NCBI RefSeq assembly: GCF_006345805.1
Contig: NC_043007.1
Coordinates: forward strand, 15,748,001 to 15,812,000
Reading direction: 5' to 3'
Length of the DNA stretch: 64,000 nucleotides
Source: Octopus sinensis
Lineage: Eukaryota
A program made the translations under genes and the position numbers. Below, piece by piece: positions 39,527 through 52,626 of the stretch; the first letter of the stretch is position 1; every line of letters starts with the position of its first letter. The notes under the pieces were generated by a model. The model did not search any database, was not told the DNA's origin, and saw only the letters and a program-made list of their open reading frames with translations.

Positions 39527-40673
<1,147 letters not shown>

Positions 40674-40689
40674 GATAGATAGATAGATG

Positions 40690-40784
<95 letters not shown>

Positions 40785-41425
40785 GACTATGCGTGCACAC
40801 GTCATCAAATATGTTGTAACAATATTGTAAAAGGTTTGTGTTGTACGCATCAAGCATTATGCAAGCGCTACCATAGCCATGGGTAGACCCACGACTTGAG
40901 AGTGAAATAGCGTAGACAGGAATCCGTATAGAAGCCATCCAGATGCACTACACCTGTAATTCATTGTACCTGTGGAACGCTAATACTGCTGAGACTCGAG
41001 ATTCAGCAGTAACCAATTCATTGATTGAACAGCTGAATCCTCTACACCAAACGACGGAGATCCACAACCAATGACACCTTATAGTGAATTGTATTTGTAC
41101 TTTACGCCTGAAACACTCCGGCGACTTCTCGGTGAACGCACTTCACGGTGCATTTACTAGGCACAGTTTGAACGTCGGGAACATTCAATTAATTATATTA
41201 TTTTGACCAAAGGTGTAATTAGTTCAGATATTTATTTACTCTTATCTCACATTTGTCTGTCGAAATCATTAAATGTTATTGTAGCAAATCGTTTTTAAAT
41301 ATCAGACTAGTTACTAAGTTTTCTTCGAATTAAAATAACAAATTACACGCTGCATGCTCCTTGTTTGTAATTAGTACTCACTGTTTACGTATATACATAC
41401 ATATATATATATATGTGTGTGTGTG

Positions 41426-41464
<39 letters not shown>

Positions 41465-42227
41465 TATAATATATATATATACTATATATATGTATATATA
41501 TGAATGTATGTATGTATGACGCATGTGTGTCATACATATGTATACATGTACGTAATAGGTAAGATTTACGTATGTGTACGTGTGCGGAAACATATATGTA
41601 TATAAATAAATATATATATATATGCACCTATCTGTCACTCACTTCCTCTCTCCCTCTCTCTCCCTCATTCTTCCTCCTCTCTCTCTCTCTATATATATAT
41701 ATATCTATATCCATATCTATATATAGATATATAGATATACAAGATATACAAGATTTCAATATACATGATTTCGATGGGATGGTAGAGTCTGCATGCTTGT
41801 ATGTATTTTGCATGCTTCCTTGTGTGTATGTGTGAGTGTGTGTCTGTGAGAGAGAGAGAGAGAGAGAGAGAGAGCACGTGTGTGTCTATGTGCTTGTGAG
41901 TCTGTGTGTCTGTGTGTATATCTGTATGCGAAAATCTGCAACGAGACATTACTAAATATCTACAATCTTAATGTCGTGCCTAATTAATCATCTTTCTAAC
42001 GATATATCTTTTCTTCTAGCGTAAAAGCAGATTTGACATTAAACACACCCAGTAGTTAAAAACACTCAAAAAAACCACGTCCAAACGTCCATGTATATAT
42101 ATATATATATAATATATACATATATATGTGTGTGTGTGTATACACATCCTTGTAGAGGTTCCTTATTTTTATCTCTATGTTAGCGTGTATGTGTCATGTA
42201 ATGTGTATATATTCTTTTATTCTTTTC

Positions 42228-42332
42228 CTTGTTTCAGTCATTTGAGTGCGACCATGCTACCGCATCCCTTTAGTCGAACAAATCGACCCCAGGACTTATT
42301 CTTTGTAAGCCTAGTCCTATTCTATCGGTGTC
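42228..42332 (-). mobile_element. SINE family B 3' part, cut by assembly gap
   Basis: Reverse complement of the tail. Confidence 0.8.
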
Positions 42333-42432
42333 NNNNNNNNNNNNNNNNNNNNNNNNNNNNNNNNNNNNNNNNNNNNNNNNNNNNNNNNNNNNNNNNNNNN
42401 NNNNNNNNNNNNNNNNNNNNNNNNNNNNNNNN
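42333..42432. other. Assembly gap (100 N)
   Basis: Run of n. Confidence 1.
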
Positions 42433-43095
42433 ACTACACCCCTCACCCAAAATTCAGGCCTTGTGCCTTTAGTACAAAGGAATATTATTAGGATGATGAG
42501 CTAGCAGAACAGTCAGAACGCTGGGCAAAGTGATTAGTGGTGTTTCGTACGTTCCGAGTTCAATTCTGCGCAAGTGGGACTTTATGTTTCATCCTTTCGG
42601 GGTCGATGAAACGAGTACTATTTGAACTCTGAGGTCACTGTAATCGACGTACCTCTCCTCAAGAAAATTGCTGTCTTTGTGCCAAAATTGCAAGCCATTA
42701 TTACATTTTTTATCCTTTCTTTTTGCATTTGTAATTGTCATATAGAAGGGTGAAGGCGCGTGGTCCGCCGGTCAGCGTTGAACTCACGATCGCTAGATAG
42801 TGGGTTCGACCTCCGAACGTTCCTCTGCGGATGAGAGTAGCATAATCGTTGGCGAGTTGGCAGGCATACATTACGGTGCTCTACATTCTGAGTTCAAATC
42901 CCTTCTGCCCGGAGAAGCTAACGGGAAACCACTCCAGTATTCATCTCATGTCTAGTCATGGTGGCCAAAGTTCCAGTTATCTACTTTATGACTGCAGAGG
43001 AGGGCGTGGACTTCCCAGGTCGTATACAGTGTGCTGGTTCACCTGCACAAGACCTGCCCAACGGCAGAGCATCATTAGACTAGATATATATCATA

Positions 43096-43478
43096 CTAGC
43101 AGTATCGCCCGGCGTTGCTCAGGTTTGTAAGGGAAATAACTATAAAGCATTTTTAGAGAGTTATAGCCAAAAAATAGCAAAAAAATGGAAAAAAAATGAA
43201 GGTAAATTTTTTTGAGAGTTAAAAAGGTCGAGTTGCGTCCCCTAGACAGTCTGTGATTTGGGTTTCTGATTCTCGACCCCATGTCGAATTTATCGATTTT
43301 TTTCAGAACTGGGGGAACTTTTCAAAATTTTCGCTGCGTTGGTTTTGAATTATGACATTGGGCTATGTGTGTGTCAAGTTTCATCAGAATCGGTTGAAAG
43401 CCGTGGTCAGGGTGAGGGTACAACCAAACAGACACACAGAAACACACACAGACAAACTGCCGTTTATAGAGAGAGAGA
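43096..43478 (-). mobile_element. Non-autonomous Helitron, same 3' terminus as 21426-21817 but different interior
   Basis: A|TCTCTC.. start on the minus strand; CCTGAGCAACGCCGGG hairpin and CTAG|T end. Confidence 0.8.
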
Positions 43479-43687
43479 TATAAGGATATACACCAGTATA
43501 TATTATCCGGACAAAAATATAAAATAAAAGCCAGGGAATATTATTCCAATACCTTTATTCTTTAGGATTGACGTATTGCGTAAACTGAATATACAAATGC
43601 CTAATCGTTTTTTTTTTCTCGTTTGCTCATTGTGCAAGCTCAACATAAAACTCAGTCTTCATACAAATGCTCCTTATAGATATTTAT

Positions 43688-44107
43688 TTGTTTACTACCC
43701 ACAAGGGGCTAAACACAGAGGGGACAAACAAAGACGGACAAAGGGATTAAGTCGATTACATCGACCCCAGTGTGAAACTGGTACTTTATTCATCGACCCC
43801 GAAAGGATGAAAGGCAAAGTCGACCTCGGCGGAATTTGAACTCAGAACATGGCGACAGACGAAATACCTATTTCTATTTCTTTATTACCCACAAGGGGCT
43901 AAACATAGAGGGGACAAACAAAGACAGACAAAGGGATTAAGTCGATTACATCGACCCCAGTGTGAAACTGGTACTTTATTCATCGACCCCGAAAGGATGA
44001 AAGGCAAAGTCGACCTCGGCGGAATTTGAACTCACAACATAGCGACAGACGAAATACCGCTAAGCATTTCGCCCGGCGTGCAAACGATTCTGCCAGCTCG
44101 CCGCCTT
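43688..44107 (-). mobile_element. SINE family A tandem dimer
   Basis: Two almost identical bodies and one head. Confidence 0.95.
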
Positions 44108-44126
44108 CATAGACATAACATATTGA

Positions 44127-44212
44127 AAGGCGGCGAGCTGGCAGAAACTTTAGCACGCCGGGCGAAAATGCTTAGCGGTATTTCGTCTGCCGTTGCGTTC
44201 TGAGTTCGAATA
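44127..44212 (+). mobile_element. SINE family A 5' fragment, head-to-head with previous copy
   Basis: AAGGCGGCGAGCTGGCAGAAAC..CTGAGTTCGAA, 19 bp from the minus-strand head. Confidence 0.92.
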
Positions 44213-44439
44213 TATATTTGCTTGGAATGATTTTGATTAAGGTTTGCTTGAAATCGTCAAATAAATCTGCGATCACAAGTTTTCGGACATTTAGCATCCG
44301 ATATTTTACAAGTATAATGAGACTTTAGTAACACCGTTTATTGTGTCCTTTTGTTAAGCGGCAAGGTGTAATTTCAGCTGCATTTCCCTGCTATTTTGAG
44401 CAGGACATGCCACAACGTGGTTATTCAATTCGCGCGCGC

Positions 44440-44470
<31 letters not shown>

Positions 44471-44896
44471 GGCACACACCTTTGTTGATTAGACAAAGGA
44501 TTCGTTAGATAGCAATTCATAATCCCGTTGCACCTGTGTGAAGTGTCTTTTTATTATTATTATTTTTTTTTTTGTTAGGCCACTTTACTATCCAATCAGA
44601 TTTCTCTCTCAAACACTTTGTTCAAACTAAAAATTAAAACCAGAAACATTTCGCTCGTTAGGTTTCCCGAACAATGAGACGAATAAAATGCATAACGTCC
44701 TCGCCCTCAAACACACAGTCGCTCGCACAACGACACGTAGATAAGAGTTTATGGCCGCAGACTAGAATTTAAAGAAAATATTCTCCTAAGTATTGGAATT
44801 GGTGAAGCGGATGCTTGTTACTAACTAAGAGGACGAGGTCTGGCTTTTTGCGTTAATGCTGTTTTAACATTAAGAATTTTCTGTATGCATGCCAAT

Positions 44897-45498
44897 AGGC
44901 GTAGGAGCGGCTGTGTTATAAGTAACTTGCTTACGAACCACATGGTTCCGCGTTCAGTCCCACTATGTGACATCTTGGGCAAGTGTCTTCTACTATAGCC
45001 TCGGGCCGACCAAAGTCTTGTGAGTGGATTTGGTGGACAGAAACTGAAAGAAGCCCGTCGTATATATGTATATATATATGCATGCTTGTATGTATATGTT
45101 TGTGTATCTGTGCCTCCCCCCCCCACCACCAACATCGCTTGACAACCGATACTGGTGTGTTTATTTCCCCGTAACTTAGTGGTTCGGCAAAAGAGACCGA
45201 TCCGGTTGCGGATCCGTGGAAGAAGCTGCCAGACGAGATGGTGAAGATGCCGACGACCGCTTTGTTCAAAGCCTCCCTTGACCTCAAGTGGCCTGAACTC
45301 TTTACATGAACACCACCCTGTACTTAACTCCATGTCCCCCTACATGCCCTTGCTATTTGCTTTTGAGCCAAATTAACTAACTAACTAACTAACTAATTAC
45401 TAGGTTTACAAAGATTAAATCCTGGAGTCGATTTGCTCGACTAAAGGCGGTGCTCCAGCATGGCCGCAGCCAAATGACTGAAACAAGTAAAAGAGTAA
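44897..45498 (+). mobile_element. SINE family B interrupted by a CR1 fragment
   Basis: The family-B sequence stops at GAGACCGAT (about 45201) and resumes at TACTAGG(T/C)TTACAAAG (about 45398). Confidence 0.9.
45202..45396 (+). mobile_element. CR1-clade LINE 3' end with (TAAC)n tail
   Basis: 45205-45309 encodes VADPWKKLPDEMVKMPTTALFKASLDLKWPELFT* (CR1 WNxLP..FKxxLD motif); tail TAACTAACTAAC. Confidence 0.8.
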
Positions 45499-45717
45499 GG
45501 AATGAAGGGAGTATAACGATCTAGTATCGAACAGATGACGATCGAAGTGAACACATTCAGTTGAGATTTTAAATGGAAAACTAGTTCTTTACTCTTTTAC
45601 TCTTTTATTTATTTAATAATAAAACATGAGATGTCGTTTCTAAGAATAGTTATATGCAACAAACTGAATAGTTCAAAGTTTGTATGAGACGTTTTTGGCT
45701 CAGATATACGAGTAGTA

Positions 45718-46111
45718 AGGCGGCGAGCTGGCAGAAACGTTAGCACGCCGGGCAAAATGCTTAGTGGTATTTCGTCTGTCGTTACGTTGTGAATTCAAAT
45801 TCCGCCGAGGTCAACTTTGCCTTTCATCCTTTCTGGGTCGATAAATTAAGTACCAGTTACGCACTGGGGTCGATGTAAACGACTTAATACCTATGTCTGT
45901 CCTTGTTTGTCTCCTCTGTGTTTAGCACCTTGTGGGTAATAAAGAAATGCGTATTTCGCCTGTCGTTACGTTCTGAGTTCAAATTCCGCCGAGGTCGATT
46001 TTGCCTTTCGTCCTTTCGGGGTCAATAAATTAAATAACATTTACACACTGGAGTCGATGTAATCGACTTAATCCGTTTGTCTTTTCTTGTTTGTCTCTTC
46101 TGTGTTTAGCC
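45718..46111 (+). mobile_element. SINE family A tandem dimer
   Basis: Head, body, then restart at GTATTTCG. Confidence 0.93.
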
Positions 46112-46169
46112 CACACATGTTTACATATATAATTGCATACATACATAAATACATACATACATACACATA

Positions 46170-46212
<43 letters not shown>

Positions 46213-46309
46213 AATAAAATATAAGCATATATACATACATATATGTACATACTTGCATCTATATGTATATATACATGCATATATAAATATATATATATAT
46301 ATATATGAG

Positions 46310-46909
46310 TACAGGACACCACAAATAAACGTAGAACACAACGAGAAACGAAAACATAAAATCTAACAAGGAAAAGGACTTTTTTTAACAACGAAAAAGC
46401 AGAGTACAGAACAAACAATACAAGGAAAATTCCCCTTACCTTCGAAACAATGCGTGTTTCGAAGGTAAGGGCAGAACACGGCCAAGCCGAAGCAGTCCTT
46501 CCTGAATAGGGAATTTCACATGCGTTCTAACGGTTTTCCACCGTCTAGGCCTAAACAAGCCCTTATTGTTGGTTCCCTGTCCTGTTATTCTTTATTTGTA
46601 CTGTTTTTTCTACTGTTTTTTTCTTCATTTGTATTGCTTTTACGTCCTGTTCTTGTCACTTGTTTTACCCCTCTGCAAAAGAATTTTATTTAATTCCTTT
46701 TGCAGGAAGGATTGCTTCGGCCTGGCCGTGTTCTGTCCTTACCTTCGAAACACGCATTGAGTCGAACCAGGGGCAGCTGATAAAGGGGAATTTTCCTTGT
46801 ATTGTTTGTCTTGTACTCTGTTTTTTCGTTGTTAAAAAAGTCCGTTTCCTTGTTTGATTTTATGTTTTCGTTTCTCGTTGTGTTTTACGTATATTTGTGG
46901 TGTCCTGTA
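46310..46909. mobile_element. TA-flanked foldback element with arms of about 200 bp (MITE or inverted PLE-type terminal repeat)
   Basis: TACAGGACACCACAAATAAACGTAGAACACAACGAGAAACG.. versus ..CGTTTCTCGTTGTGTTTTACGTATATTTGTGGTGTCCTGTA; unrelated spacer of about 170 bp. Confidence 0.8.
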
Positions 46910-46953
<44 letters not shown>

Positions 46954-46957
46954 TAAT

Positions 46958-47283
46958 ATTAGAGATAAAACCACTATTAGGCAATCAAACAATGAAAAAC
47001 TTAAGCTAATACATAAAATTAATTAATTAATTTATATTATTTTAAATATAAATCAAAAGTATTAAAAGTTTAATAAAAGATAAAGTTTTAATACTTTTGA
47101 TTTATATTTAAAATAATATAAATTAATTAATTTTATGTATTCGCTTAAGTTTTTCATTGCATGATTTGCCTAATAGTGGTTTTATCTCTAATTTAATATA
47201 ATATAATATTTTACTATAAAATTGGATTCAATCCTAAATCTGATTTTTCCCTGTAAGTTTGGATTTATTCCCTAATATTTTAT
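46958..47283. mobile_element. TA-embedded foldback family F, second copy
   Basis: Matches 26815-27176 in reverse orientation. Confidence 0.85.
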
Positions 47284-47300
47284 TATATATATATATATAG

Positions 47301-47590
47301 TTTTCGTCTAACAAATCCACTCACAAGGCTTTGTTCAACTCGCAGCTATCGTAGAATTTATTTGCCAGAGGTGCCACGCAATGGGACTGATCCCGCAACC
47401 ATGTTGGGAAGCAAGCTTCTTACCACACTGCCATGCCTGTGTATTCTATTCTTTTATTCTTTTACTTGTTTCAGTTATACGCTTTGCTGACACTTTGGAG
47501 TACCGACTTAAGGGGTTTAGCTGGACAACTCGTCCTTGGTACTTATTTTATTTTTTTAAAGTCTATTATTTATTCTATCGGTGTCATTAA
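47301..47590 (-). mobile_element. Degenerate SINE family B pieces
   Basis: Reverse-complement head/core (47301-47438) and tail (47455-47585). Confidence 0.6.
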
Positions 47591-47631
47591 CAGTAAGTTT
47601 GGATTTATTCCCTAATATTTTATTATATATA

Positions 47632-47686
<55 letters not shown>

Positions 47687-48166
47687 TGTATATATATATA
47701 TATATGCATGTAATATATATAGATGCAAGTATGTACATATATGTATGTATATATGCATATATTTTATTTATTTATTATATTGTTATATGACCGAAAGCAC
47801 GCGTTGTTTCTCTTCTCAGAGTATGTATGTATATATGTATGTATGTATATATACATATTATAATTCGTTGTTCTATGTCTCTTCCTCTGAACAGCACACT
47901 ACATATAGCATCATACCGTATTTTTGCACCTAAAGTGTAACTCTTCTATCTCAGGGCATCCCAAAATAGCCAGACATTCAAGGTTTCAACCCATGCGTCA
48001 CCTACAGACATATAACATAGCTAGGATAAACCTTCTCAACCGTTGTTTCTGAGGAACGTTCCGTCTCCTCCATTGCCAATGCAAAAACAAGAAAAAAGCT
48101 ATCTTTATAAATTCTGAGTTCAATAAATTTGTCCGCCCTCCTTTCTTGAAATTTTCCAGTTACACT

Positions 48167-48206
<40 letters not shown>

Positions 48207-48518
48207 ACACACACACACACACTCATACACTCATACACATATATATGCGTGTATCTGTATGTGTACACATACGTGTGTATATAGATATACACAGGCACAC
48301 ACACAGGCACACACACACACGCACACACACACACACACACACATATACATATATATATATATAGGTAGATAGATAAATAAAAATTACTTGGAAAAGGATG
48401 CGTGGCGTTCGATCATATAATAATATAATAATATATAAATATATGCATATATACATATGTATGTATATATGCATATATTTTATATTATATATTATATTAT
48501 ATATATATATATATACAT

Positions 48519-48551
<33 letters not shown>

Positions 48552-48825
48552 GAATGTATGTATGTCTGTCTATACACGTGTAAATGTATATATTTTCGAT
48601 ATATAACGTATATATTTATAAAAATACTTAGGTACGTACATGTGCGTATGGGAAGTGAGACAGATTGATAGATTGAGAGATAGGTTGTTAGATATACATA
48701 TGCATATGTGCCAACATATGCGCATACACAGATGCATAAGTACAGTGTAGATTAATACAATGTATACAAAATAAATGCATATAATATTGATGTCTCCATA
48801 CACTCGTACATACTGATATACTTAC

Positions 48826-48858
<33 letters not shown>

Positions 48859-49030
48859 AGATATATACATACATATATAATATACATACATATATATATA
48901 TACATACATATATATATATATATATATACTATATATATTATATATATATACATATATATATAGATACATTATATATATATACATGTATATATATATATAT
49001 ATATAATATATCGTATCTATGTATGCTTTA

Positions 49031-49062
<32 letters not shown>

Positions 49063-49560
49063 TGTGTGTGTGCTTATCAAATAACGACTGAAGTCTAAAG
49101 CACTTATTTCGGACGAGATATAATAAATTCAGTTTTCCCAAGTCTAATCGATATTCAACCAACTTTACTGTTTTTACATATTTCTACCTACAGAAGAAAC
49201 AAACAAGCCGAAATGCGCTCAACAGTATTGATTTCTATACTTCTTTACAAGGCAAGAGATTGCGCATGGCGGGCGTGAGGGGGGCGGATATGATATATGG
49301 TATGTATTTGGGAGAAACGACCCCTTGTTCTCGAGGGAATATTTCTATAGACTCCAGAAAGATGAAAGGTAGAATGAAACTGGAAAGAGTTTGAACTCCA
49401 ACGTTTAGTTTAGGAGACGGAATGAAATACTTCTAGACATTTAGTCTAGACTCATTCCGCTTCTGAGCTTTTGTTGCATCAAATAAGAACTTAATATTGT
49501 GAAAGTAGAGCAAAAGTAATATTGTAGAGAAAAACAAGAACCGGCTGCAGAGAAATTTGG

Positions 49561-49664
49561 ATTATTATTATCATTATTATTATTATTATTATTATTATTG
49601 AGTGAGAGAGCAGTTCATGCCATCAAAGTGACACTGGGGTAAAATATACGAAGCCCAATATACC

Positions 49665-49739
<75 letters not shown>

Positions 49740-49799
49740 CATAATCAATCATATTATTATTATTATTATTATTATCATTATTATTATTATTATTATATT

Positions 49800-49834
<35 letters not shown>

Positions 49835-49839
49835 TATCA

Positions 49840-49870
<31 letters not shown>

Positions 49871-49905
49871 TATTATTATATTATCATTATTATTATTATA
49901 TTTTT

Positions 49906-49950
<45 letters not shown>

Positions 49951-49980
49951 ATCATTATTATTATTATTATTATTATTATT
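49561..49980 (+). repeat. (ATT)n array containing a 66-bp element-end fragment at 49600-49665
   Basis: The fragment GAGTGAGAGAGCAGTTCATGCCATCAAAGTGACACTGG..ATATACGAAGCCCA matches 50582-50640. Confidence 0.92.
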
Positions 49981-50531
49981 TCCTCTTTCTTCAAATTTTC
50001 TTCCGTTTCTCGCCGAGTGTTTTCCGTACACCTAGGGGCAGAGAAGGGCATTGTATGCATTCCCAGATTACACACGCAAATTCCACAGGTAAAATATGTA
50101 TTTAAAAAATTTATAAAAAAATAAATTCATGAATGGATGTTGTTTTCACAGTGATAATGCTCTTCTCAGTACATGAGCCGTTCCAGTTAATACGATTTTT
50201 TGCACTTCCTGTAGGGATGGTAAGCCTGGAATCATTTTCAAATAGGTTTCAGTACCTTTTGTTATCATTCCTAGAGATCCTACAATCACTGGTACTGTAG
50301 TCGCCTTGAGATGCCACATTTTTTTCAATTTCTATTAGCAGGTCTTTATATTTACTAATCTTGTCAAATTCTTTCGCCGCTATATTGTGATCACAGGGAA
50401 TACTCATATCAATTAATAAACACATCTTTTTTGTCTTATCTTTTATAATAATATCCGGTTTATTAGCTTTTATAGTCCTGTCGGTCTGCACGGGGAAGTC
50501 CCATAGAATCGACACATTTTCTCCCTCAGAA
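49981..50531 (-). mobile_element. R4/Dong-clade LINE, 5'-truncated, restriction-like endonuclease domain, one frameshift
   Basis: EGENVSILWDFPVQTDRTIKANKPDIIIKD..LLIDMSIP..KISKYKDLLIEIEK / MWHLKATTVPVIVGSLG..IVLTGTAHVLRRALSL*; PD-(D/E)xK-type motif; (ATT)n on both sides. Confidence 0.92.
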
Positions 50532-50581
50532 AATATTATTATTATTAATAATATTTTTATTTTATTATTATTATTATTATT

Positions 50582-51100
50582 GAGTGAGAGAGCAGTGCAT
50601 GCCATTAAAGTGACACTGGAATAAAATATACGAAGCCCAGTCTGATAAGGGTACACCAGACACATGCAACACAACCAAATGTGCGCGACATGGTGATCTT
50701 ATATCAAGATAAACAGCGCATGACCTTGCAGGTGGGGCCCAGTTAGAATTTTCTTCTGGTCGAGTAACCCACCCCACTTAAAAGGTCCTTGAATAAGGAT
50801 TGCTTAAGGATGTTGAACAAACCACCCATGCTTCCAAAGGTGACTTATCCAACCCTCCAAGAATTCCTTTCAACATATGGCTATGATACTCCCCCACTGC
50901 TTCTGCTTGTGATCAAAGATGCACATATCGTCAGTCACTAAGGGACATGGTCAACTAGTTAAGGTAAAACAACTGACGAGCAAATCTGTGGTATTGAGCA
51001 GAATATTTGCTGTAGCCCATCTTTTATACCAAGACAAAACAATGTACATGATAACACTTCCAATCAGTTAAGATCAGAAGCCACGAGAGCCAGTGTCTGG

Positions 51101-51102
<2 letters not shown>
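50582..51102 (-). mobile_element. Non-coding element X inside (ATT)n, probably the long 3' UTR of another TAA-associated LINE
   Basis: Unique 520-bp block bounded by (ATT)n on both sides; the same end recurs at 49600. Sense end reads ..CTCTCTCACTC-AATAATAAT. Confidence 0.55.
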
Positions 51103-51161
<59 letters not shown>

Positions 51162-51198
51162 CTTTATTATTATTACTATCATTATTATTATTATGATT

Positions 51199-52132
51199 AT
51201 CTTTTTTTTTCCTCTTCTTTCAAATTTGCTTCCATTTCTTGCCGAGTGTCTTCCCGACTCCTAGGGCAAATAAACTCATAGTATACATTGGTAGGCCATT
51301 AAACTAAACTCACTAGTTCGTTCATTTGTTTTTTTAAGTTAAATTAAAATACATGGGTAGTAATAGTTCTCACATCGACAATGCTCTTCTCAATACGTGT
51401 GATGTACCAGTTAAGACAATCTTTTGCACTTCTTGCAGGGATGGTAAGCCAGGGATCATTCTCATATAATTTTCGGTTCCCTTCTTGATCATTCCTAGTG
51501 CTCCTACGATCACTGGTATTGTAACCGCCTTGAGATGCCACATTTTCTCAATTTCAATGAGCAGGTCTTTATATTTTCTGAGCTTGTCAAACTCTTTCGC
51601 CGAGATATTATGATCACAGGGGATGCTCATGTCGATCAATAAGCAAACTTTATTGTTTTGGTCTTTCACAACAATATCCGGTTTATTGGCTTTGATGGTT
51701 CGGTCTGTATGTACTGGAAAGTCCCACAGAATCGTTACATTTTCTCCTTCAGTTACAGCTTCAGGGTGGGGATTATACCACTTGTCGGCAGTTTTGATAT
51801 TGTAATGCCGACTTATTAGCCAGTGTAGATATTGGCCAACTCTGTCATGTTTTAATTTATACTCCACTGGTGCTAAGACTTTACATCTAGAGATTAGGTG
51901 GTCCATTTATACTCCACTGGTGCTAAGACTTTACATCCAGAGATTAGGTGGTCCTTACATCCAGAGATTAGGTGGTCCTTTTACATCCAGAGATTAGGTG
52001 GTCCCTTTACATCCAGAGATTAGGTGGTCCTTACATCCAGAGATTAGGTGGTCCCTTTACATCCAGAGATTAGGTGGTCCCTTTACATCCAGAGATTAGG
52101 CCGTCCCTTTACATCCAGAGATTAGGTGGTCC
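51199..52132 (-). mobile_element. R4/Dong-clade LINE, 5'-truncated, intact REL-domain frame, reiterated 5' junction
   Basis: ORF 51370-51906: DHLISRC..YKLKHDRV..HW (CCHC remnant), ILWDFPVHTDRTIKANKPDIVVKD..LIDMSIP..KLRKYKDL; (ATT)n on both sides. Confidence 0.93.
51856..52132 (+). repeat. Nine nested copies of the Dong 5'-truncation junction (2 x about 49 bp, 7 x 24-26 bp)
   Basis: TTACATCCAGAGATTAGGTGGTCC repeated; every unit ends at the same GGTCC/CGTCC. Confidence 0.95.
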
Positions 52133-52181
<49 letters not shown>

Positions 52182-52203
52182 CTTTATTATTATTATTATT
52201 ATC

Positions 52204-52239
<36 letters not shown>

Positions 52240-52440
52240 GTTATTATTATTATTAGTATTATTATATTTATCATCATCATCATCATCATTATCATTATTA
52301 TTAATTTTATTATTATTATTATCATTATTATTATTATTATTATCATTATTATTATCATTATTATTATATTATTAGTAGTAGTAGTAGTAGTAGTAGTAGT
52401 AGGAGGAGGTGGAGGAGGAGGAGGAGGAGGAGGAAGAAGA
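52133..52440 (+). repeat. (ATT)n grading into (AGT)n and (GGA)n
   Basis: Read directly. Confidence 0.95.
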
Positions 52441-52584
52441 GGACAATTAAAACATTAGCGAAACAACACATTTCTTGTTTTAGTACGATCTATCAACCTA
52501 CAAGTGACAATATACACAACTTCATGTCATATATACATGTATACACATATACATTCATATAAACATACATATACAAATACACAT

Positions 52585-52626
<42 letters not shown>

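Noticed and set aside
46725-46800. Permuted hammerhead GAAA-CACGCATTGAG-TC..CTGATAA
   Set aside because: Core G8 mismatch, broken helix III and no helix I; not supportable.
47980-48140. Minus-strand MEETERSSETTVEK as a possible exon
   Set aside because: Weak splice signals and no recognisable homology.
51856-52132. Regular 24-26 bp repeats resembling a CRISPR array
   Set aside because: No unique spacers, eukaryotic context, and the unit is derived from the adjacent LINE ORF.
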